This document shows, one piece after another, positions 56,701 to 64,000 of a stretch of 64,000 nucleotides of DNA. Origin of the DNA: Trypanosoma brucei (taxonomy: Eukaryota). The stretch covers positions 160,001-224,000 of the forward strand of contig CP000071.1 of assembly GCA_000002445.1 (NCBI GenBank). Direction: 5' to 3'. The notes beneath the pieces were generated by a model. The model saw only the letters and a program-made list of their open reading frames with translations. It ran no database searches and had not been told where the DNA came from. Within the stretch, counting starts at the first letter, position 1. Each line of letters opens with the position of its first letter. The translations under genes and the position numbers were made by a program.

Positions 56701-56813
56701 ATGGAAGATAAAATGGACGAAGCAGTAACATCACTTTGAAGCATAGGTGGCATAACTGAAGTATACGTCTGCAAAAACCTGCCGGAAGGATGTGAAGCAA
56801 CGCAGTCTCCCAT
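53736..56813 (-). CDS. long coiled-coil protein with Pro-rich C-terminal region; possible N-terminal acylation site (MGDC...)
   Basis: 1025 aa. About 650 aa of E/R/Q/L-rich heptad sequence. C-terminal ~250 aa are rich in P/V/S/T/Q. N-terminus is MGDCVAS. Confidence 0.55.
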   Translation of the reverse strand: MGDCVASHPSGRFLQTYTSVMPPMLQSDVTASSILSSILNKPMPPIGMQGENLPYRMASGSRLGFSKCVLFTLGTGTCAGYSNVGTPEALLLQREFQIRDEYNQLCRAEEARRRMEEERTRRYEREEEQQSLIETARQLEESRAKREEEQRQRLLAQERELEEWKHERARELERERRRHIEEEERMRERQHERAMQRLREESEVRIQSQKEISECHNVVEQTVKSATNVMVERICNEMREREREYRAEANQLHQSYKSEIAALRHDIESKRQMIARSEQQAAEAREIFSQVVNQLNEVRQKQESCSKSRSSEEALADVHRKTVEVLQRTFEDDKLSMKRWFEEELRRINNTHERMRTEDEERCNSQLRMLERTLEEQQQRQREAEADIQQWRTKAAAATAAASEEARLREELRTVRKQLQDALASQQRLERRATDSERTAGEARNALHTLQGELESLSAKQSAELRVLREEKQELVDEIARAKAAHEGEIQRMRGDMHNADSTAAHELSRDFESVYKRMNEHHEEARRILEGEKGQVVKQLRESERQLEMTKRELAQQREKIEEVRRESERMWSQRLSEKDRTAKELQGVVEELRREQCGAAQITAENLGLRQQLEKQRQDFEASLQSRDRDIQRLRHEQEEALQRAAGINEGLSNSQRMRDEEERRLKRLLEEAAIREKELQGEVDDAKKNSRSWKEHCEQLQAQAAAALSVGNSSMEALLREKDCEVDRMKTELARQTKERESLTHQLLEACATTKSLEKELMEKQTLIMSLNSDISTLRQAVQMKSTQVEGNIVHLSSAPSISGVAPQTSPMSVRSRILASLSPPRAQEITVSKNTLDVVKPAAGVSLATPLSIQPVAVNPPPNKQTPLLTPLAPTLLTRELENSSAPSILPLQSPVPVAPQLNPESVGGLPTHSTTSPPQVQVVPATPSRLPLPPQVSPQLSTGNNIVVASNPVNLRLEQLPTPVPLPPEIATAPLLVSAVGGAVAAVPAPVPLPVPPLLNSNVAPPVNTDFAGVAVAPVV

Positions 56814-57609
56814 CTTGTTTCCTCCTCGTCCACCTTCAGCACACCTTCTCCTTTCGGCTGTTCCCCGCCGGCTAGGCCACCCTGCAGAATTTTCGCCTTC
56901 AGAACGTCTTTGTACGCCGCTACCCTTTGACAGAGAATCCTTAGATTAACGGTAAATCCGCATTGGGTTTTTTTGAAAAAAAAAAAAACAGTCGAATGAA
57001 TTTGTCGGAGCGGATAGTGAGGAAGCGACGTGGGGAAAAGGATAGAATATCATCGTCCGCAAGGGGTCACGGGCAAAATCCCCACCACAATACATGTGAG
57101 CACAAATAAGAAAATGGGAGGGTTTCACATTTCATAGTGAATGGTGGTAAGGGGGCGTCATATGCACCACAAGAGCCACTGAGAAAGGATATAACTTCAG
57201 CTTTTGTATGGTTTATTCTTACATAGAGTAAACAGAAACATCATTAATGGGAAGGAAATTATGAAACGGGTCGGCGCGTGCAAGAAAAAAAAAGTACAAC
57301 GAGGAATCGAACATCCGCGTAGAAAGGGAGCTGTCAAAAAGTGAGGATGGGGGTGGAATTGATGGGTTTTTCAGGGGGCACCCATTCAAATATTTATATA
57401 TACATGTGTGCCTGCATAAACGGACAAATAAACAAAGCGACAAAGATAAATAGATTGTGGCATAAATAAAACATATTTGCACGAACTAATAATGCGGTCA
57501 CGCTGCCCTCCTCCTTTCCCCCGCCATGCCATGCGGTACCTGGTGCAATAGTTAGCAGATGTTCTCAAACTCCCACTCCCTTCATTGAGATCCCTCAGGT
57601 AAAGGTGGA

Positions 57610-60600
57610 CTAAACGTATTTTGCGGGATCAGAAAAGCTGGATTCCCTCACCTTGCACGCCTCATCAGACACAAAGACACCCTTCCGCAGCCGCGTAAAA
57701 TCATTCGCTACGGTGACTGCGTTGGTACTCAAGCGCCGCAAGGCTTTAAGGATCCGTGATTCCACGCGGCTTTTCTCTCGGTGTTCAACACGCAGTGCAT
57801 CTTCCAGGTGACGGACTTCTCCCCTTAATTGTGCCCTAAGGCCCTCACAACTTGAGGTAAAGAGGGTGCCTACACTACTTAACAGCGTGGCATGATTCAC
57901 GCCGTCCAGCTGAAACCATGGACGAAAAGTCATGGATGAGAGCGTTTGCTGCCAGACCGCGAGAATGAACCACAACGGATTCAGCGAAGGGTGTGTGCTA
58001 CTCCACCGACAGTCAGATTCAAGTCGATTTTGTTTAGCTGATTCATTGCCAGGGGCATCACAACTACCATCGGAGAACGAAGTTACTTCACTAATTGCCG
58101 TGGAAACGGAAGTTGCTTCGTCATGTGGTACGTTCGTGATATTATCCGTCCAGCAACCCAGCGAGGAGATTAGGTCCTCAGGTTTCGCAGGTGTATATAG
58201 CAGGTCATCATTTTGGAAGTGGGACTGCAGCGGTCGTCCACAAGACAGATTCATAGCTAGCCTTAAGTCCCTTCTCTGAAGAGCACATATCCTATTCTCG
58301 CACTTGCCAAGGTACGATAACGTCCGCCCACCACACTTTACCTCATCTGTGCCAAAGAACCCCTCACCCACCAACATCAGCATAATCTGATCCTCAACAA
58401 CCGACGTGCGTAATCCAGTAACAAACGGTTCCAAACTTCCAAGCGGTTGCATGTTCAAAAGACTGCAGTTGGCTAGCTGTTCCCGCTTCGAGTCAAGTGC
58501 ATTCCAGTTTATTCGATCAGAACATTCATGCATCTTTAGTAGCGCAAACAACTGTACCAACTTCAAATCCATCACATCCCGTTGCGCTCCACAGACCTGG
58601 GCAATATCAGGTATTGCTTCAGATAGTTCTTGCATCAAATAGTTAATTATCTCAGTGTTAAAACGCGACAAACGCAACGTCAACTCCCGCTCCATTATCA
58701 CCTTGAGCTCCCTTGCATTATCCTCGACGTAGGGTATATGATGCCTCATATCTTCTGCGGTGGCAGACACTTTGGTGGCAGCAAACCCCCCTATTGTTTC
58801 CCTTCTTGTTTCCGCCACCAACTCCAAAACTACCGCATCGGCACCCTCCAGCCTCGCGCCAACTGTTTCCTTCGTTTTCGCAGCGGCAACGTTGCGAATA
58901 CGCATCGCCTGCTCCGCAATGATCGCCCTCAGTTGCTGTATCTGCTTTCGATAATCCAAACTAATGAAATGGCGATGAAGATCCCTAAACTCTGTAAGCA
59001 AACGCTTGCGTACAGCAAGCGACACGTCTGAAGGACCTGATGGAAGCGGGCACCTTCTCACGACAGGCCTCCGCTTGGTTAAGTGGTCGTCGTTCATGTC
59101 TTCATATGCCTCATCCAACAAATCTAATACTTTCCCCCAAAACGCAACAGTGACAGACTTGAACTTTCGTTGCACCACTGTTTCAAAATCTCTAACCACA
59201 ACCCGAGGTGCTGGGATCTCTTTGAAACCCCCCAATGCCTCTCTCACAACATTGTCCAGGTTCTGTACCTTTGTCAAGTTCATGCGGATGCTGCGTGAGC
59301 GTCGTGTCGCACTTTTACGTGCCCGCACAAGCACAGTACGCAGTTGGTGACACCATATTACGAGAGAGACGGCAACCCGAGTGAAAACGGAAAGTTCTGT
59401 GTTCTTTTCGAAAACCCGCACAGCGCGCAGCAGTTGCTGGGCACCCGATTTATTCCACATGCTGTTCACAGCATCATATAGCACCAACTGCTCCAGTTGT
59501 TGTGGCGGTAATTGCTCCTTCCGGTTTCCGTAATTTGCGCCGAAGACCACGCGACAGTACGCTTCCACCGCTGTCCTTGCCGATTCTTCCTCACAACTCC
59601 TATCGTTGCTGCGCGAAACACCACCACCACCGACGCCCGCGTCTGACTCCGTCAGTGCCGACGGGGAAAGGGATGGAACGCGTTCTCTGTTCTGTGAGTT
59701 TCTCGCTGGTGTTTCCTGCTTCTCTTCGGCCGCTGCAAGGCTGAGCCGTCGCAGCTTGTCGTTGTATAGGGCGGAAAGCACAGAATGCGTCGCATGACTC
59801 ACGGTACCACTGTACGGTATCACTTGCCAACTTGAGACAGCAACACCAAAAAGTTTCATCATATTCTCTTGAAAAAGTTCAATCAGTTCTGGAATGCTAG
59901 AGGCCATTGGAGGCGGGCGCTGGATAAGCTGCACATCGTTTATAGAAGCACCAGCTTCGCGCATGAGCACTGCATCGGTGAAGGTAATCACAAAAAAGGT
60001 CATATCAGCAATAAGCTGACGAATCTTTTGTGACTCACTTTCTTTGCTGGAACCTTCCATGCTTTGCCATTGGTTCTCACGAGCGGGGTGCGTCTCGTGT
60101 TTGCTAACCGCCCGACTACTGCTGAAACTGCTACTCAACATCTCAGAGGAATTGTCATCATCGATGCGTTGTGTGAAGGGGGAAAACAAGTTGCCAACAG
60201 ACTCCACCATGTGCTGCGTGCCGATCACCTCGCAGGGGACAGTGTACAGAAGACCGTCACCAAGTAACAAATCGGGGAGTTGATACGATGACATGGCCCC
60301 TCTCTCGCTCCAAACGACTTCACTCGCTAACTCTTTCAGCAACCACGGGGAGCTACGGGAAACACCTGATTGGGAAGAGTGGATGGACGAGGCATATAAC
60401 TTTTCGGACGAGCACCATGATTTACTGGGACACATGGGTAGCGTGCAACGGCGCTGCGGGCTAGGCTTGTCTCGAATTAGCGATTTCCTAGGGCTCTTCT
60501 GCAAGGCGCAAATGCGTTCTTGAATAGTCACGTCATATGCACCAGGTCTGATTGTGCTGACTCGTACCGGTGTGGGTGCCTGATAAGTGGATAATGTATC

Positions 60601-61530
60601 ACCTTCACGCTGTCTTCGGCCTCTAGAAGACGACAAATGCGAAAAGTTCACAACGCGGGAAAGTGTTCCGCTTTTAGAATCGTCTTCGGGATACTCAAAT
60701 CTCCGGAGTGCTCGTTCCTGTGTCCACAGCGAAGGAAGGACACTCGGTGTCTGACACTGCGGTGCGCCGATTTCAGGATCTCGCGGAACCACACGGAAAC
60801 TGCTGGCAGCACTAGGAATGGTGCAGCGGCCAGGCGAGTAAAGGATGCGGGGTGATGCCATACAACTCCTCTCTGTTCGGGGATCCATGGAGACACGACA
60901 AGGTTTAGTGGACGCCGCCCTGGCCCTGCTGTTCTGTGCCGCGTTCGCATCACTTATGTTAGTGGTACTACAGGCGCAGCTGCCCTTGCGGAATGAGCAC
61001 TCCTGCAGAGACATCGATGTGTATGGAGAACTAACTGTACCACATGTATTGACAGCGGGGCTATCGTCATTCTTGGTCATGGGAGAATCGTCTGAAAAGG
61101 AACATGTTGCGCAGCGAAGGAGAAAATCAGCCACGGTACTTTTTCCACTTTCCGTTGCACCAGCCACAACCATGCTGGGGAGACACCCGGAAGGGCGCCT
61201 CATCTCCTTCAGCCCCTTCATGCTGGTGTTTAAGATCTCAAGTGTACTGTTCAGTGACCGCCGCAAGCGCAGCAACTTTTCTGATGAGTCTGTGAGGAGC
61301 CCGTTGAACTCGACAGCAATGTCCATCAATCTTTTTACCCCATCCTTCACATTGGGTTGCGCGAAGTAGATGAGAGGTGAACCACCGTCTTCACTATCAG
61401 TTGACGCAGTGTGCCGTGTGGATCCTCCCATTTGCGTGGGAATCTGCGAAATGGTCTCAAAACACGTTAGTGGATGTTGTTCATCGTGGTTTTCGGTTGT
61501 GCCTGTCATTAACTCTCCACACTCTCCCAC
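57610..61530 (-). CDS. large hypothetical protein with dynamin-superfamily-like G1/P-loop motif
   Basis: 1306 aa. Near the N-terminus PSMVVAGATESGKSTVADFLL resembles the dynamin/GBP-type GxxxxGKS(T) G1 motif. The rest is unrecognised. Confidence 0.5.
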   Translation of the reverse strand: MGECGELMTGTTENHDEQHPLTCFETISQIPTQMGGSTRHTASTDSEDGGSPLIYFAQPNVKDGVKRLMDIAVEFNGLLTDSSEKLLRLRRSLNSTLEILNTSMKGLKEMRRPSGCLPSMVVAGATESGKSTVADFLLRCATCSFSDDSPMTKNDDSPAVNTCGTVSSPYTSMSLQECSFRKGSCACSTTNISDANAAQNSRARAASTKPCRVSMDPRTERSCMASPRILYSPGRCTIPSAASSFRVVPRDPEIGAPQCQTPSVLPSLWTQERALRRFEYPEDDSKSGTLSRVVNFSHLSSSRGRRQREGDTLSTYQAPTPVRVSTIRPGAYDVTIQERICALQKSPRKSLIRDKPSPQRRCTLPMCPSKSWCSSEKLYASSIHSSQSGVSRSSPWLLKELASEVVWSERGAMSSYQLPDLLLGDGLLYTVPCEVIGTQHMVESVGNLFSPFTQRIDDDNSSEMLSSSFSSSRAVSKHETHPARENQWQSMEGSSKESESQKIRQLIADMTFFVITFTDAVLMREAGASINDVQLIQRPPPMASSIPELIELFQENMMKLFGVAVSSWQVIPYSGTVSHATHSVLSALYNDKLRRLSLAAAEEKQETPARNSQNRERVPSLSPSALTESDAGVGGGGVSRSNDRSCEEESARTAVEAYCRVVFGANYGNRKEQLPPQQLEQLVLYDAVNSMWNKSGAQQLLRAVRVFEKNTELSVFTRVAVSLVIWCHQLRTVLVRARKSATRRSRSIRMNLTKVQNLDNVVREALGGFKEIPAPRVVVRDFETVVQRKFKSVTVAFWGKVLDLLDEAYEDMNDDHLTKRRPVVRRCPLPSGPSDVSLAVRKRLLTEFRDLHRHFISLDYRKQIQQLRAIIAEQAMRIRNVAAAKTKETVGARLEGADAVVLELVAETRRETIGGFAATKVSATAEDMRHHIPYVEDNARELKVIMERELTLRLSRFNTEIINYLMQELSEAIPDIAQVCGAQRDVMDLKLVQLFALLKMHECSDRINWNALDSKREQLANCSLLNMQPLGSLEPFVTGLRTSVVEDQIMLMLVGEGFFGTDEVKCGGRTLSYLGKCENRICALQRRDLRLAMNLSCGRPLQSHFQNDDLLYTPAKPEDLISSLGCWTDNITNVPHDEATSVSTAISEVTSFSDGSCDAPGNESAKQNRLESDCRWSSTHPSLNPLWFILAVWQQTLSSMTFRPWFQLDGVNHATLLSSVGTLFTSSCEGLRAQLRGEVRHLEDALRVEHREKSRVESRILKALRRLSTNAVTVANDFTRLRKGVFVSDEACKVRESSFSDPAKYV

Positions 61531-63043
61531 TCACTCGCACACTCCGTCTATCTCCTTTTATTCAGCCAAGTTGTTTGTTACTCAACTAAAAGCCCTTCCG
61601 GGCCCACTCAAACAATCGGGGTAAAACGTGGGGTTGCCTCCCCTCCCTTCTCCCCTTTCCCTTCCCTTTCTCCTCACAAGTATTTCTTTTACTATAATAT
61701 TTCTCTTTTTTTTAGGGGGTGGATTGGTCCCGTTTCTTCCGCCTTCACTTCTTTCTTAAATATCTCCCCTCCCACCACTATTGATGATGGCGTGAGGCTA
61801 CTGACCATTACACCACAAGTGATACGAAACAAAAAGAAAGCAAGCGAATAAAAATACGGAAGTGCACCAAAGAAAGAAAGGTCGGCAAGTCATACAGCAG
61901 CTGGTAAGAATGAAAGGGGTAGTGGAATGTAGACATTGATTTTACCGCAACAACAACAAAAAAATGGGGGAAAAGGGATCGGTGATTAAATTAATAAAAG
62001 AAGATCGGGTTCGTAAAAAAGTAAAAAACACACCGGTGAAGTGTGCTGTGCCAAGGCCAGCGAAGACGTGAGGGGTGAAAGCTCAACGCAGTGGGGCGAC
62101 GGCACGCACGCGCTCATGCGATACGGAGCTGAGATGCTCATTTTTTCATTTTTAAGGCCTCTCTAGAAATACATAAAAAAACGTACATATACACGCACAC
62201 ATTTTAACCCAAATAACGCAGTTCCACTTCCGATATAGAGATGTGGTGTGGAGAGAAAAAAACGCAGAAGATTTCTCAAATTGTGAAATTCGTGAGAAAC
62301 GGGGGTTAGTTAGTCACTTTTGCAGTCAGAGCAATACATAGTGGAAAGTAAGGGAAGAAAAAGAAAATACTACCAGCAGCGTGTGGCATTTTTAATGGCA
62401 TTGCTTTCCCACGAACACACTCTTCACAGAGGAATGCATGTTCCATGTATATGAATTGCATCAAAACTCAATTGGTTTGCTTGCTACAGCAAACAAAACG
62501 TGTCGCGTTATGATCCCCCGCCCCCCATTCCCCTTTAATTTTTAATTTACCTCCCTAAATTTCCAAACCTCTCGCACACACCTTAAAAATGGTGTTCCTC
62601 CTACGCGTTAAGAAACGCGAAGTGCACAACGTAACCCGGAATGTCCACGAACAAAGCAGAAAAAAGCGACTGCACTGATCATTTTTGTTTGTTTAAAAAT
62701 GTTAACTTCCCCCCTTGCAGCCTCCAAGTACACGCACACATGGCATGTTGTTTTTTCTGTATGAGACAGTTCGTCCACATGTTTAGAAGTAAACCGAAGT
62801 AGAGGAAGAAGCAAGTAAGAATAAAATAGCAAAAAAAAAATTAAACATTAAAAGCAAACAAGACATCAGAGAAGATGCCAGAAGGCAAAAAAGAAAAAAA
62901 AGATGTGCCTTTACAACAATCACCCGCTCCCTTTCAGCGCCCGCCGGTCGACATCCCCTTTGAAGAGATAAAAAGACAATATGAATTAAATTAAAACATT
63001 ATTAAACCAAATTTGACTATAGCAAAACACTAATCGCGTTGAA

Positions 63044-63999
63044 CTAGACAAGGTACTTTGGCATCTTCATGAGGGGCATAATCAATTCAATCTCCTTTGG
63101 TGTAAAGGATTCACGGTGGTACAACTCCCATCCATTAGCATGAGCCTTCCACCACTGCTCAAATGCTACTTTCACCTCCCGCTGCACCTCAGCCATGGCG
63201 TCGTGCTCTAAAGGAGCTAACTTGCGCATGAGAAACTTTACATGTGGTGTAATGGGGCCAACATCTGAAGAAAGGAATGCACACAGACAGCGTACAAGCG
63301 CTGCACGGCGTCGCTTCCGATTATTTTCCCTTTCTATTACAGCTGGGAGTGGTTCTTCTGCGACACCACCGGTGTCTCGATCTGAAGAAATCGAATATTC
63401 CTGCAATTCTTTGGCACACTGCTGTACGAGCGAATTAATTTGCTCTATAGATGCCACCCTGGAAAGAACTGCCAAAAGAGAACGGGTGTTGGCACGAAGA
63501 TCCCCATCACCGTGTGACATGCACCCCACGCAGGCACTGAACACACTACGCATGGTCTCATACTTTCCAATTCGATGAAGGTTCATAAGCAACATCTGAT
63601 AAAATGCGCGAGTAAGAACAACCTTCGCTCTCCGCGTCTTCCCAAAAGGGTAATTTCCCTCCAGGACATCGCATAAAAACTTGACTACTGACTGGATCAC
63701 ATCCTTCCGCTGCCGTGACAAAGCGAAAGAACTTAGAGTTGACAGTGCTACTGTTTCAAAATCGTCATTATCGAGTGAAGCGCCGTCCAGAGCTGTAGTT
63801 GCAGTTGTTATTGCCTCCATCCACATCACACTAAATAACTCAGGCGGTGGACTGTGCCACATGGAGGTTAATGTCTTTAACCCAGCCTGTTCAGCGGTTG
63901 TTGAAACATCACTGGTGTTGCCGTGGTTTTTGTTGTCAGATGCCACTGGGTGCTTGTTTACCACCAACATATCTTCATTCGCATTGACAGCGGTAATAC
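63044..63999 (-). CDS. hypothetical protein, 5'-truncated by window edge
   Basis: The ORF is open in-frame upstream of the first Met (…CITAVNANED-MLVVNKHP…) right up to the window end, so the real start is probably beyond the window. Alpha-helical and Leu-rich. Confidence 0.45.
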   Translation of the reverse strand, partial: ITAVNANEDMLVVNKHPVASDNKNHGNTSDVSTTAEQAGLKTLTSMWHSPPPELFSVMWMEAITTATTALDGASLDNDDFETVALSTLSSFALSRQRKDVIQSVVKFLCDVLEGNYPFGKTRRAKVVLTRAFYQMLLMNLHRIGKYETMRSVFSACVGCMSHGDGDLRANTRSLLAVLSRVASIEQINSLVQQCAKELQEYSISSDRDTGGVAEEPLPAVIERENNRKRRRAALVRCLCAFLSSDVGPITPHVKFLMRKLAPLEHDAMAEVQREVKVAFEQWWKAHANGWELYHRESFTPKEIELIMPLMKMPKYLV

Positions 64000-64000
64000 A

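Overview
This window looks like a kinetoplastid (Trypanosoma brucei-like) nuclear chromosomal segment. It is intron-poor and densely packed with long ORFs. Every credible coding ORF (26 called) lies on the minus strand, so the window sits inside a single polycistronic transcription unit (PTU) with no strand-switch region. Intergenic spacers are 0.3-2.6 kb of low-complexity sequence with (TA)n, (CA)n and (AAT)n microsatellites, and with polypyrimidine runs on the coding strand upstream of genes, as expected for trans-splicing. In order of transcription (high to low coordinate) the recognisable products are: a 5'-truncated hypothetical gene; a 1306-aa protein with a dynamin-like P-loop; a 1025-aa coiled-coil protein; a Cys-rich hypothetical; a tandem array of NOPP44/46-type nucleolar RGG-box genes with a nucleoplasmin-like N-terminal domain, broken by two 60-N assembly gaps; a related 253-aa acidic nucleoplasmin-like paralog; CIA2/MIP18; a 1404-aa RNA-binding-type protein with a PAM2 motif and a polyQ tract; a PIF1 helicase; a Pin1-type parvulin (115 aa); an OB-fold mtSSB-like protein; an NmrA-like Rossmann protein; a Sel1-repeat protein; a P5A P-type ATPase; a DPY-30-like protein; a lipoate-protein ligase; a KREPA3-like editosome protein with two C2H2 zinc fingers plus an OB fold; a WD40 coiled-coil protein; a Ser-rich hypothetical; a carnitine O-acyltransferase ending in the PTS1 tripeptide SKL; a TM hypothetical; the proteasome subunit Rpn10; and a Miro-like GTPase. 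No prokaryotic-style system (CRISPR, operon, mobile element) is present. The most interesting locus is the NOPP44/46 array at about 44.6-50.7 kb. Its N-terminal domain aligns convincingly to plant HD2 and FKBP-type nucleoplasmin folds. The paralogs have diversified tails (acidic plus RGG, Y/G/R-rich, acidic plus basic), share homogenised 3' flanks, and are collapsed by assembly gaps. All calls are made by eye from motifs, and no database searches were run.
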